Origin: Kiritimatiellia bacterium | Lineage (GTDB): Bacteria; Verrucomicrobiota; Kiritimatiellia; RFP12; UBA1067 | Length of the DNA stretch: 64,000 bases | Direction of reading: 5' to 3' | Assembly: GCA_050949565.1 (NCBI GenBank) | Contig: JBMNFY010000010.1 | Coordinates: 288,001 to 352,000 of the forward strand | In this document: positions 39,200 through 48,954 of the stretch, one piece after another | Layout: each line of letters starts with the position of its first letter | Numbering within the stretch: the stretch's first letter is position 1 | The notes under the pieces: generated by a model | The model's database searches: none | Told to the model about the DNA's origin: nothing | Seen by the model: only the letters and a program-made list of their open reading frames with translations | Translations under genes and position numbers: made by a program

Positions 39200-40566
39200 G
39201 GTATGGTCTCGCCGTTGCGCCCCGAATTGCCGCTCTCTCTGCCGAAGTAACGCAACTGACCGGTGGCGTCCATTACGGCGCGCCAAAGGTCGCTGTTGAG
39301 ATTCACCTTCTGGCGTTCCATGGTGGATAACCGGATGGGAACAAGCGTATACCAGTCATCTTGGTTGCCTACCACGCAGTCGGTGCGCCCCGCCATCGCG
39401 GCATGCACGGCGTTGCGTGCCAACATATAGCAGCGGATTGCATCCGTTCCTTTGGCCGGTACGCTGCGGATGGTGTAACTCGGGTCGAAGTATTTGACCG
39501 ACACCTCGCGATTACATGCTTTGAAGTGTTGCGTGATGCGCAGTCTCAGGTGCTCGCCGATATCCTTTTTCAGGATGTTGCCCGAGGGGTCCCGGCGCTC
39601 CGGCTCGGCTGCAACGTGGCGTTGCCCCGCGCCTTCCGCAACCACGATCACCGCATGGTCCTTGCCCAGATCGAAACGATTGGAGAGCGCCGTGAGCAGG
39701 CCGCTCGGGCCATCGATCTCGAAATCCAGTTCCGGCACCAGGCAGAAGTTCACGACTGGGTTGGCCAGCGTGGCGTAAGCCGCGATGAAGCCTGAGTCCC
39801 GGCCCATCAGGCGCACGAGCCCGATACCGTTGAAGGTACCTTTCGCCTCAGTGTGAGCCGCCTGAATGATCTGCGTCGCCTCGCCAACCGCCGTCTCAAA
39901 GCCGAAACTTCGCCCTACGAAAAGCAGGTCGTTGTCAATCGTCTTAGGAATACCGATCACGCTGATGGAGAGCTTACGACGGCGGCACTCCTCAGAAATA
40001 TCGTGTGCGCACCGCAGTGAGCCGTCGCCGCCGATACAGAACAGGATATTGATGTTCATGCGCGCCAGGGTGTCTACGATCTCGCCCGTGTCCTGCTGGC
40101 CGCGCGAAGAGCCAAGCATCGTGCCGCCCTGCTCGTGGATCGTATCGACCGTATCGGTGTCCAGCATGACCGGGTTGTAGCCGAAGCGCGGAATCAATCC
40201 GGCGTAACCATAGCGGATGCCGTAGATCGTCTTGATGCCGTAATCAAACGTCAGGATCTCGACCAATCCTTTGATGACATGGTTCAATCCCGGGCAGAGG
40301 CCGCCGGCCGTCACGATGCCGACGCGGCTCCAGGAAGGGTCGTGAAAAATTTTCCGATGCGGACCTGCCCGCTCGAAGGAGGGCGTGACCCCGAGATGCC
40401 GGGTGGCATCATGTAAGTGTTTGATGTTCTCGGTGATCAGGATTCGTTCGGCGGGATCGATGAACTCCCTTCTTCGGATCGGGGAGTCGATCTTGCACTC
40501 ACCCAAGGTTCCTACATCCAGCGAGTAGTCCTGAGGGTTAGCGACAATTTTTTCAATCAGCGTCAT
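39196..40566 (-). CDS. pfkA: ATP-dependent 6-phosphofructokinase
   Basis: GGLCPGLN, GGTMLGSSRG, GGDGS, PKTIDND, MGRDSG. Confidence 0.9.
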   Translation of the reverse strand: MTLIEKIVANPQDYSLDVGTLGECKIDSPIRRREFIDPAERILITENIKHLHDATRHLGVTPSFERAGPHRKIFHDPSWSRVGIVTAGGLCPGLNHVIKGLVEILTFDYGIKTIYGIRYGYAGLIPRFGYNPVMLDTDTVDTIHEQGGTMLGSSRGQQDTGEIVDTLARMNINILFCIGGDGSLRCAHDISEECRRRKLSISVIGIPKTIDNDLLFVGRSFGFETAVGEATQIIQAAHTEAKGTFNGIGLVRLMGRDSGFIAAYATLANPVVNFCLVPELDFEIDGPSGLLTALSNRFDLGKDHAVIVVAEGAGQRHVAAEPERRDPSGNILKKDIGEHLRLRITQHFKACNREVSVKYFDPSYTIRSVPAKGTDAIRCYMLARNAVHAAMAGRTDCVVGNQDDWYTLVPIRLSTMERQKVNLNSDLWRAVMDATGQLRYFGRESGNSGRNGETIP

Positions 40567-40625
40567 AAACTTCCTCGTGCCCGTAAAGAGTGGTCAGCAT
40601 AACAAAACTTCTGTGTGAAGGTCAA

Positions 40626-40654
40626 TTGACACCGGCCGGAATATTTGGTTAACT
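40626..40654 (+). promoter_or_regulatory. Putative sigma70 promoter for the tRNA
   Basis: TTGACA, 17 nt, TTAACT; 21 nt upstream of the tRNA. Confidence 0.55.
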
Positions 40655-40675
40655 CAACACGATTTTCCGTCGTAT

Positions 40676-40751
40676 TGGACCATAGCTCAGTCGGTAGAGC
40701 ACGACACTTTTAATGTTGGGGTCGTGGGTTCGATTCCCACTGGTCCAACCA
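40676..40751 (+). tRNA. tRNA-Lys(UUU)
   Basis: Acceptor TGGACCA/TGGTCCA, D-arm GCTCAGTCGGTAGAGC, anticodon loop CTTTTAA, GTTCGATT T-loop, encoded CCA; 76 nt. Confidence 0.96.
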
Positions 40752-40768
40752 TTTTTGAGACACAGGGG

Positions 40769-40803
40769 AGCCGCCAAAATCAAAGGTTTTGGCGGCTTTT
40801 TTT
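40769..40803 (+). terminator. Intrinsic terminator
   Basis: agccgccaaaa / ttttggcggct hairpin followed by a T run. Confidence 0.85.
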
Positions 40804-40829
40804 GTTTCGTATCAAAAGGAGCAAACAAA

Positions 40830-41735
40830 ATGAAGAGACTGGCCTTATGTGTCGCAGTGGCGGCAATGGGTGGGTGTGTTTTCGCGAAACCCATCACGAT
40901 GATGAGCTATAACATTCGCATCGGTTGTGGGTTTGATGGCCCGTTCAATTTGCCGAAGGGGAACCTTGGGCATCTGCCGCAAGTGGCAGAGGTGATCCGG
41001 GCCGCCGATCCGGACTGGGTTGCGATCCAAGAGATCGACAACAAAACCAAGCGTGCTGGATTCGTCGACCAGACGGCTGAGCTTGCGAAGCTCTGCGGCA
41101 TGAAAGGTACGTTTGTGCGCAAGACGCTTGCGACACAGCGTCGCGGTTTCCGCATGTTGAGCGATGCCACGGAGGAGGAGGTGGCCGAAGGCGGCGAGTA
41201 CGGGCTGGCGGTTCTTTCCAAGGAGGAGCCGATTAAGGTTTCCAAGGTCCTGGTTCCGGGACAGAGCCATACGCGATGCATTTTGTTTGTCGAGTTCGCG
41301 GATTATGTTGTCGCCTGCGTGCATTTCCCGCTGAAGGAAGAACACCGCGTCCTAGCCGCTCAGGTCGCGTTGGTAAATGCCGCAGATTATCGGAAGCCCG
41401 TGTTTCTGGTGGGGGACTTCAACGCCGAGCCAGCGGCGAAATCGATCATAGAGTTGAAAAAGGGCATGACGATTCTTAACGATCCGTCCGTGCCCACATT
41501 TCCCTCATCCGTACCCGACCGCTGCATCGATTACATCATGGTCAACACGCCTTTCGCCGACCGTGTGAACGTCGTAGACCGTCAAGTGCTCGCCAAGCCC
41601 GATGCAACCGACCATTGTGCTGTCATCGTCAAAGCGATTCTGATGCCTTCAGGTGTGGCATGGGCATCTTGCCCGTGTTTCATGGGTGGGACGCCCATTT
41701 GTTTTTATCGCGCTTGTCGAGCCGCAAGGCACTAA
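40830..41735 (+). CDS. Secreted endonuclease/exonuclease/phosphatase family protein
   Basis: AAGGAG RBS; SYNI, IQEID, GDFN, IDYI, TDH. Confidence 0.9.
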   Translation: MKRLALCVAVAAMGGCVFAKPITMMSYNIRIGCGFDGPFNLPKGNLGHLPQVAEVIRAADPDWVAIQEIDNKTKRAGFVDQTAELAKLCGMKGTFVRKTLATQRRGFRMLSDATEEEVAEGGEYGLAVLSKEEPIKVSKVLVPGQSHTRCILFVEFADYVVACVHFPLKEEHRVLAAQVALVNAADYRKPVFLVGDFNAEPAAKSIIELKKGMTILNDPSVPTFPSSVPDRCIDYIMVNTPFADRVNVVDRQVLAKPDATDHCAVIVKAILMPSGVAWASCPCFMGGTPICFYRACRAARH

Positions 41736-41944
41736 TGCGCCAACGCACTAATGAACCTAAAAAGAGCAGTTGAACCTTCAACTCTCTTTGGTTTCTGGTT
41801 TCTGGTTTCAAGGTTTCATGGTTTCAAGGTTTCATCCAAATCGGGATCGGGATCGCTATCGGGATCGATTGTTTAACCACGGAACACGCCGAACACACGG
41901 AAAGGCATGGCTCTTTTTCCGTGTGTTTAGTGTGTTCCGTGGTT
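41728..41944. repeat. Composite micro-repeat cluster
   Basis: gcactaa twice; (tggtttc/aggtttc)n; (atcggg)n; inverted 9-mer arms aaccacggaacacgccgaacacacggaaa / tttccgtgtgtttagtgtgttccgtggtt. Confidence 0.75.
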
Positions 41945-42054
41945 CCAATCAGAAATTGCGTTCTGCACCAAATAGGTGCGGCGCGGATCTCAACGGAAAC
42001 CAATGTTTACGGGGCTTTGCTCAAAATCTGCATGCTCAACTGCTCTTTTTAGGC

Positions 42055-42396
42055 TTAACGAGGAGCGTCGCAATTCCAGCAGGTGTGCAGTGCAGCATCG
42101 ACGGTTTCGCCGCAGTGTGTGCAATGCCATTCGTCGCGGGCGGGGGGTTCAGGCGTCGGATTCAAAGCGTCCCGCAACGACCGCATAAAAGTCTGGACGA
42201 CTTGCATGGCGTCGGCATGGTCGCTGTCATCGACCCAGACTTCGGGCGCGGCGAACTCCGCAACGCCTCCGGTGATTACAAGCCCGATAGAGTGGCCGAA
42301 CTCGTTTCGGATGTCGCTCCGAACTCCTGCCAACTCCAGCAACATGCGGAGCTGATCACACTCGGCGATGTATGGCGAAGAAAAAATTTTTATCAT
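42055..42396 (-). CDS. DUF2007-like protein with RanBP2-type zinc finger
   Basis: LLELAGVRSDIRNE..PEVWV; WHCTHCGE..CWNC. Confidence 0.8.
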   Translation of the reverse strand: MIKIFSSPYIAECDQLRMLLELAGVRSDIRNEFGHSIGLVITGGVAEFAAPEVWVDDSDHADAMQVVQTFMRSLRDALNPTPEPPARDEWHCTHCGETVDAALHTCWNCDAPR

Positions 42397-42527
42397 GGCC
42401 GTTTTCTAGACATGATTCACATGATTGGAAGTGAAGCCAATATAACGGGTCGCATTAGTGAAAGCGAGTGCAAAACCAAACGCACGGGGCTTGCGGGCTG
42501 ACCGAAATTGTACTATGCTTCAACTCA

Positions 42528-42610
42528 ATTGCCATCGGGGTGTCGTCATCGGACGGCTGAGAGCATACCCGTTGAACCTGATCCGGATCATACCGGCGCG
42601 AGGGAATAGG
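42528..42610 (+). ncRNA. TPP riboswitch
   Basis: GGGGTG..GCTGAGA..ATACCC..GAACCTGATCCGGATCATACCGGCGCGAGGGAA upstream of thiD-thiC. Confidence 0.93.
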
Positions 42611-42624
42611 CGTAGCCTTTTTTG

Positions 42625-42652
42625 AGCGGACCGGATTCGGTCCGCTTTTTTT
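42625..42652 (+). terminator. Riboswitch expression-platform terminator
   Basis: agcggaccg-gatt-cggtccgct followed by a T run. Confidence 0.8.
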
Positions 42653-42670
42653 GTTGTTGGTGGAGATAAA

Positions 42671-43534
42671 ATGACCGAGAACGAACCTGATTATAGCTCC
42701 ATGCGTCGCGTTGTGGCGTTGACGATCGCAGGCAGTGATAGCGGCGGCAACGCCGGTATTCAGGCTGATCTGCGCGCCTTCCATGTGTTCGGCGTGCATG
42801 GCTGCACCGTGCTGGCCGCTTTAACCGCACAGAACCCCTTTGGCGTGCGCGGCATTTTGACGGCAGATGCCGATTTTATCGGCATGCAGCTTGATGCGGT
42901 GCTGGAAGCCTATGCGGTCTCGGCACTGAAGACCGGCATGCTCGCCACGCCGGATGTGATCACGGCGGTGGCCGACCGCCTGCTGCCGCACAGCCGGATC
43001 AGCAAGGTGATGGATCCGGTGATGGTGGCGACCAGCGGTGCGCGCCTGTTGCAGGACGATGCGGTCGCAACGCTCACGGAAACCCTGCTTCCCTTGGCGA
43101 CGCTCATCACGCCCAATCTGCCTGAGGCGGAGGTGCTGACCGGCCATGCCATCGAGGGACATGACGCGATGGTCGATGCCGTACGCGAGTTGAGCGACAC
43201 CCTGGGTGTCGCCGTGTTGCTTAAAGGTGGGCATTGCGAAGCGGAAGAGGCTGCCGAAGATTTCCTGTATGACGGCGAAAGCGTTTATCGCATTACGACA
43301 CCGCGTATCGTGCAGCCGATCTCGACGCATGGCACCGGCTGCTCGTTGAGCGCGGCCATCACCGCTGCGCTGGCATGCGGCAAGTCGTTGCTTGATGCGG
43401 TGGTTGATGGTAAGGCTTATGTCTACGAGTCGATCCGTACCGGTGTCTGGGTTGGCGAGGCCGCTTCGGTTTTGGGGACGCCCGCCCGCCTGCCGGTCGA
43501 GCAAGTCCGCGTTGAGAGAGTTAATAACGAATAA
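42671..43534 (+). CDS. thiD: HMP/HMP-P kinase
   Basis: LTIAGSDSGGNAGIQADL, KTGML, DPVMVATSG, HGTGCSLS. Confidence 0.95.
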   Translation: MTENEPDYSSMRRVVALTIAGSDSGGNAGIQADLRAFHVFGVHGCTVLAALTAQNPFGVRGILTADADFIGMQLDAVLEAYAVSALKTGMLATPDVITAVADRLLPHSRISKVMDPVMVATSGARLLQDDAVATLTETLLPLATLITPNLPEAEVLTGHAIEGHDAMVDAVRELSDTLGVAVLLKGGHCEAEEAAEDFLYDGESVYRITTPRIVQPISTHGTGCSLSAAITAALACGKSLLDAVVDGKAYVYESIRTGVWVGEAASVLGTPARLPVEQVRVERVNNE

Positions 43535-43555
43535 CGAATAGTTAATAACGATAAC

Positions 43556-44842
43556 ATGACACAACTTCAAGCCGCACAGCAGGGGATTATCACGGATGCC
43601 ATGCACCGCGTGGCGCAGGATGAGAAGGTGGTGCCTGAACAGGTACGCGATGCGATCGCGCGCGGTCACGCTGTGATTCCGTTGAATCCTGCCCATTCCA
43701 ATGCGCGTCCGGTGGGGGTGGGGCGTCTTTTCACCACCAAAATTAACGCGAACCTGGGACGTTCAACGACCCGATCCGGCAAGAGCGACGAACTCGATAA
43801 GTTGAAGATTGCGCTGAAGGCAGGCGCGGATTTCGTGATGGATTTGAGCGTGGGCAGCGATCTGCGGACGATCCGACAGGGCATGCTGGACGCCTCGCCG
43901 GTGCCGCTCGGCACGGTGCCGGTCTATGAGACGATCTCACGCCTTGAAAGCGACGTGCCGGTGATGAACCCGGATCTGCTGTTGCAGGTGATTCGGGAGC
44001 AAGCCGAGCAGGGGGTTGATTTCATGACGCTCCACGCTGGACTGCTGCTCGGGCATGTCGATCTGGCCATGCGGCGCATCATGGGGATCGTCAGTCGCGG
44101 CGGTGCCATCATGGCCGAATGGATGAAACGCAACCAGATGGAGAATCCGCTTTATACGCGCTGGGACGAGGTGCTCGACATTCTGGTGAAGCATGACGTG
44201 ACCGTCTCGCTGGGCGACGGTCTGCGTCCGGGTTGTCTTGCCGATGCCAGCGACGAGGCGCAGTTTGCTGAATTGTCCGTGCTGGGCGAGTTGGTGCAAC
44301 GCTGCCGCGCGCGTGGCGTGCAGGTGATGGTGGAGGGTCCGGGGCACGTGCCGTTCAATCAGATCCAAATGAACATGGAGCGTCAGCAAGAGGTGTGCGA
44401 CGGCGCACCGTTCTATGTGCTCGGGCCGGTGGTGACCGACATCGCACCGGGATACGACCATATCACTTCCTGTATCGGCGCTACCGCCGCCGCGACCTAC
44501 GGGGCATCGCTGCTCTGTTACGTCACGCCGGCTGAGCATTTGGGATTGCCTGACGGTGATGAGGTGCATCAGGGCGTGATTGCCTACCGTATCGCGGCGC
44601 ATGCCGGCGATGTGGCGCGCGGCTTGCCGGGCGCGCGCGAGCGTGACGACGCGATGGCGCGCGCACGACTCGCATTCGATTGGGAGGCGCAATTTGCGCT
44701 GGCGCTTGATCCCGAAAAGGCACGTGCGCGCTGGCTCAAAACCCGCGCGTGTGAAGGTGTGCCATCGGACGATCACTGTTCGATGTGCGGCAAGGAGTTC
44801 TGCGCGGTGCGAACCTCCATGCGCATCCGCGACCTCGGGTAA
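43556..44842 (+). CDS. thiC: Phosphomethylpyrimidine synthase
   Basis: TKINANLG, GIVSRGG, LGDGLRPG, EGPGH, CSMCG..C. Confidence 0.97.
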   Translation: MTQLQAAQQGIITDAMHRVAQDEKVVPEQVRDAIARGHAVIPLNPAHSNARPVGVGRLFTTKINANLGRSTTRSGKSDELDKLKIALKAGADFVMDLSVGSDLRTIRQGMLDASPVPLGTVPVYETISRLESDVPVMNPDLLLQVIREQAEQGVDFMTLHAGLLLGHVDLAMRRIMGIVSRGGAIMAEWMKRNQMENPLYTRWDEVLDILVKHDVTVSLGDGLRPGCLADASDEAQFAELSVLGELVQRCRARGVQVMVEGPGHVPFNQIQMNMERQQEVCDGAPFYVLGPVVTDIAPGYDHITSCIGATAAATYGASLLCYVTPAEHLGLPDGDEVHQGVIAYRIAAHAGDVARGLPGARERDDAMARARLAFDWEAQFALALDPEKARARWLKTRACEGVPSDDHCSMCGKEFCAVRTSMRIRDLG

Positions 44843-44865
44843 ATCTCCGTAAGTCTGACGAATGG

Positions 44866-44976
44866 ATTTGCGGCGGCGGCAAGCGGTATTCCGTGCGACG
44901 CCGCTTTGGTACGGACGGGCCAGAAAGCGGTGCCGCGACCCGCGCGTAGCGCGACTCTTGTCACCGCACTCCAAAA
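44866..44976. repeat. REP-like palindromic element between convergent genes
   Basis: gcggcggc..gacgccgctttgg..ccagaaagcggtg..caccgcactccaaa nested imperfect inverted repeats. Confidence 0.5.
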
Positions 44977-45001
44977 TTTCACACACCCAAACTCAATGGT
45001 T

Positions 45002-48000
45002 TTACGGGGCTTCGCCTAAAACTAGCTTTTCGAAAAGGGTGACAGGCCCCAACAGCCCCGATGCATGTAGGGGCGTCTCTTTTTTGACTTGCTTGCGGTT
45101 CACGAGGGTCACGCGCCTGGGCTCGGGTCGGCGTGTATTATACAGCACCCACTCCGGCCAAGTTTCAAGAACACCCTGTGGGTTGGCACCGGTGTCGTCG
45201 GGGAGTTGTTCATCACCGATGAAACGGTTGAACCAGGTGTTCGCCACGCGGACCGTGAGCGTGTTGTCGCCGCTACGTAGGGCAGCCGTGATATCGACGC
45301 GGAACGGCTTTTTCCAGAGAACGCCGAGATCCTTTCCGTTGAGCGTAACGGCAGCGATCTGCTTCACTTCGCCCAGATCCAGCATCACACGCGCATTGGT
45401 GCCGGAGCTCTGCCACGGGAATCGGGTCTCGTACACCGCGGTGCCGCTGAAATAACGGATGTCCGGATCATCCGCGTCTTTCCAATCCATGAGCGCCTCC
45501 CAGCGGCAGGTCTGCGCAGCGCGGTTCGGATGTTGGAAGGTGACGGTCCAAGTTCCGGTTTCGATCTGGGTGCTATTAGGTTCTGCGGCAACCGTCCAGT
45601 GACGCTCCGTGCCGTCAGACAGCCGCGCTGTATAGGTGCCGGATGCTTGCGCGTGCAACGTCAGTGCGCCGGATGCGGTATAGGTCACGGGCGGCCAGGC
45701 AACCGCAGGCAGTGCGGCGGCAGAGGCTTTGCGTGCGCGTTGCGCGGCAGCGACGATCTCGGCCTCGGTTATGGTGCCCTCGGTCAGCGTAAGGCCGTCG
45801 CACATGCCTGCGAATGCCGCGTCCTCATCGGCGGTGGGATGTGCGATCTGTCCGCTGGCGACACCCTGATGCACCAGACGTCCGTCGATATAGAGCGACG
45901 GCTTGCCTTTTACATACACCAGTGCCACATGCACGGTCCGCTCGATCGGCGTCGGTGCCGTCCACACCAGAACCGGCGCGATGTTTTGATGCCAATGCTC
46001 AAAAGCGACGATGCCATTACGACCGACAGAAAATCCGGCACCGGAGTGGCCGTCGCCCCACGTGTTGCCATGCGCGGGGAAGACAACGAAGTTTTGATCG
46101 CGATGCTGCACACCGCGCGTGGCCTGCTGCGGCAACGGGATTGTCTTGGTCGGCTTCACACTTGCGGCCATGACAAAGCTGCCCGGTTCGGAAGCTGTCG
46201 GCGCATGCGTGACCGCAGCACACGAAGCGATTGTCTCGCCATTGCGCGTCAGAACATGCACCGTGGGATGCTTGCCCAGCGGTTTGCGGAAGACGATGAA
46301 ACGCGAACCGGCAGGCTCTAAGCACAGCGGCACGCGCGTGGCATGCGGACCCGCTTCGAACAGCGCGCTTGCGCAGCGGGTGCCGGTCTGCGCGTCCCAA
46401 ATTTCTGGAATGCGTCCGGTCACGCGGAATTCGGGTGCACATTTAAGCGGCTTCTCGGTTTGATTGCTGACGAAAAAGAGGTCGGCATCGCGCAGGGTGC
46501 GGTGGGTCCAAAGCAACTCGCGCGGTGCGTGCGCCACGTCGGGCGGCACATCGAGTTCGTCGAAGACCTGCTCCAGCGTGTAACCGTGAAAGACGCGGCC
46601 TTGTTGCACGCGACGGAGTTGCGGCGTCTGCGGTGCATCGCCCCAGAGACGCGTTGCCACAGCTTTCACTTCGCTGTCGCACGCCGGATAACCGGCTAGG
46701 CTCGGCGACCGCTGCGGCGGTGCGCCGACCAAGACCAAGCCTTGGCGCACAAACGTTTCGATGCGCGCGAGCAGGCGCGGGGTCATGGTGTCTGAAGGCG
46801 GCAACACAAGCACACGATAGCTCTGGCCGTTGGGCAGAGTGAGGCGACCGTTTTGACAGGTCGCGTGCGTAAGTAGAATTTCCGCGTTGATATAGTCAAA
46901 GTCGTAACCAGCGGGGAGGGCGGGAGATTGCAAGCCGTTCATGCGCGGGGTGTCTTCACCGAAAAAGTAGGCGACATCCGCAGCGTGCGTGCCGGTCTGC
47001 AACAGCGCGCAACAGCGACGCAGGTAATCGGTCCAGCCCTTCCCATACTCGGCGAACCAAGTCGAGTTGCGGTTGAAATCCGCGCCGAACCAAGGCACGA
47101 GGCCAGGCTGCACCGCGTAGGGCTGGTGCACATAGACGTGGAGCACGAAGTGGTTGATGCCCTGCGTCATGCACCAGTCGCCACGGGTCTTCATGTTCGC
47201 GGGCGTCTGCACGAAATTCTTGCCCGAGGTGAAGGCTTCGGCCGAGACCACGCGCTTGCCGTAGGTGTGGCCGCAGGAGGAGGCAAGGCGGCATTCGACA
47301 TCGCCCAGTGAACTCCATAGCCAGTACTCGCCGCCGATGTCGTCGGAGGCGCCGCCGTATTGCAGGGATTCGCCGGGGAATCCCCAGTGGCCATAATTTT
47401 CGAGCCACGTTTTGAGTCCGTGGCGGTTGGCAGCCGCCTTGAGACCACCCACGTAATTGCGCGCGACCAGGTCGGCGACCAGCCGACGCCAGTCCCACAG
47501 GAAGCGGTCGGTCTGTTCGCGCGAGGCAACGACGCGCCCGCTCAAGCAGGCGAGCCAGGGCACTGGATCATAGCCGTAGGTGTCGCGGAAGATGTCGCGC
47601 ATTCCGTTGGTCCAGTTTTGCGGGCCGACCTCATAACTGTCGAGCGTGATGTGCTGGAAGCCGCGTCGGGCATCTGCGGGAATACGCTTTAGGAACTTGC
47701 CGATCATGCCGTCAAAGTGCGCGGAAACCGCTTCGCGGCTCATCTTGTCGCACTCCAGTCCTTGTGCTTGCGGTGGCGTGGGGCCGCACATGGCACCGGT
47801 GGAGGCCATGCCGATGCGCGCGATCACCCAGTCGTGGCCCGCCGGTGCCTGCCAGGTGAGCGTGCCGTCCTGCGCGACGCGCGTGGTGAGGTCCACAATC
47901 CGCGTGGCATCCACAGCCGTGCCCGGAGTCGGTTCCGGCTGTTGCGGCCAGAGAAAAGCATCCACCGGCGGCACGGGCTCGGGGTACATGCGGCCGAGCT

Positions 48001-48943
48001 GCTTTTCCACAGCGGCATCAATGCGGGCAGCGCCGGAGAAACGCAACCCGTGGAGTACCGGTGCGCCTTCGAGTCGGCTCACGGTCAGGCGCAGGTGACG
48101 GGCGGTGACGGGCGCGAGCGAGAAATCGAACGGCGCTGCGACCAGCGGCCCCATAGCGGTGGTGAGGCGCGTCCGGTAAATGGAGATGTCGCGCAGCGGA
48201 GTGGCGGTGCCGTTCTCCACCGTTGTCAGCGTACCGGCCAGCCGCACCGGAGAGTCACCAAAATCCAGCGTCAACGTTTGGAGCGGCATGGGGGCGTCAA
48301 AATAGAGGTCCAGGGTGAACGGCTTGGTCGGGAGCTTGACGGGCGACGTGCCATCTGTGCGGGTCAAGCGGGCTGCAAGGCCGTTGATCTCCGGCTCGCA
48401 CACGACACGCGTGGGACGTGCCAGCGCGTTGTCTTGCGCGGGCACGGGATACGCGATCACCGCTACCTCTTGGATGGCCTTGGCGTGACGGGCCGGTTCG
48501 CCGTTGAAGGTCGTTCCGCCCGCGACGCGGGTTTCGGCACTGACGAGGTAGCGCATGCTCTGCTCGGGGGTTATCCAGGGGCCTCCCGATTGACTCCATC
48601 CCGGACAGTTGAACATGCCGACACGCACGCCGATCCGCTCGCCTTCGCGGACGGCGAACTCCACAAGCTGCCACCAAGAGGGGCTGAGAATCGGCACGGT
48701 CCCTTCCGGAATGCCATCGCTGATGACGTGGCCGATGAAGGCCTCGCCGACGCCGGCACGGCGCATCGCTTCGAGGTCGGCGGTGATTCCCTTCGCGCTG
48801 ACATTGTTGTTGAGCCAGTACCAATACATGTAGGGCTTGGTGCTGTCCGGTGGCGCGTCAAAACGCTCTTCCAGCGTGTCGGCGCAGACCGTGAGCGTCA
48901 GAACAGCGGCGAAGCAGGCCACAAGGGCGCGAAGAGATGTCAT
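45002..48943 (-). CDS. Secreted glycoside hydrolase (GH106 alpha-L-rhamnosidase-like)
   Basis: KPYMYWYWLN..GITADLEAM, GWSQSGGPW, DSYE, SAEAFT, YFSGTAVY, SGLLGPV. Confidence 0.88.
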   Translation of the reverse strand: MTSLRALVACFAAVLTLTVCADTLEERFDAPPDSTKPYMYWYWLNNNVSAKGITADLEAMRRAGVGEAFIGHVISDGIPEGTVPILSPSWWQLVEFAVREGERIGVRVGMFNCPGWSQSGGPWITPEQSMRYLVSAETRVAGGTTFNGEPARHAKAIQEVAVIAYPVPAQDNALARPTRVVCEPEINGLAARLTRTDGTSPVKLPTKPFTLDLYFDAPMPLQTLTLDFGDSPVRLAGTLTTVENGTATPLRDISIYRTRLTTAMGPLVAAPFDFSLAPVTARHLRLTVSRLEGAPVLHGLRFSGAARIDAAVEKQLGRMYPEPVPPVDAFLWPQQPEPTPGTAVDATRIVDLTTRVAQDGTLTWQAPAGHDWVIARIGMASTGAMCGPTPPQAQGLECDKMSREAVSAHFDGMIGKFLKRIPADARRGFQHITLDSYEVGPQNWTNGMRDIFRDTYGYDPVPWLACLSGRVVASREQTDRFLWDWRRLVADLVARNYVGGLKAAANRHGLKTWLENYGHWGFPGESLQYGGASDDIGGEYWLWSSLGDVECRLASSCGHTYGKRVVSAEAFTSGKNFVQTPANMKTRGDWCMTQGINHFVLHVYVHQPYAVQPGLVPWFGADFNRNSTWFAEYGKGWTDYLRRCCALLQTGTHAADVAYFFGEDTPRMNGLQSPALPAGYDFDYINAEILLTHATCQNGRLTLPNGQSYRVLVLPPSDTMTPRLLARIETFVRQGLVLVGAPPQRSPSLAGYPACDSEVKAVATRLWGDAPQTPQLRRVQQGRVFHGYTLEQVFDELDVPPDVAHAPRELLWTHRTLRDADLFFVSNQTEKPLKCAPEFRVTGRIPEIWDAQTGTRCASALFEAGPHATRVPLCLEPAGSRFIVFRKPLGKHPTVHVLTRNGETIASCAAVTHAPTASEPGSFVMAASVKPTKTIPLPQQATRGVQHRDQNFVVFPAHGNTWGDGHSGAGFSVGRNGIVAFEHWHQNIAPVLVWTAPTPIERTVHVALVYVKGKPSLYIDGRLVHQGVASGQIAHPTADEDAAFAGMCDGLTLTEGTITEAEIVAAAQRARKASAAALPAVAWPPVTYTASGALTLHAQASGTYTARLSDGTERHWTVAAEPNSTQIETGTWTVTFQHPNRAAQTCRWEALMDWKDADDPDIRYFSGTAVYETRFPWQSSGTNARVMLDLGEVKQIAAVTLNGKDLGVLWKKPFRVDITAALRSGDNTLTVRVANTWFNRFIGDEQLPDDTGANPQGVLETWPEWVLYNTRRPEPRRVTLVNRKQVKKETPLHASGLLGPVTLFEKLVLGEAP

Positions 48944-48954
48944 GTCGAGACTCC

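Noticed and set aside
40676-40830. tRNA-Lys as a prophage or ICE attachment site
   Set aside because: No duplicated tRNA 3' end noticed in the window; the native terminator follows directly
41728-41944. CRISPR array
   Set aside because: Units are 6-9 nt tandem repeats without unique spacers, and no cas genes are present
41770-42501. 243-aa plus-strand ORF
   Set aside because: Translation of micro-repeats plus antisense of the DUF2007-like gene
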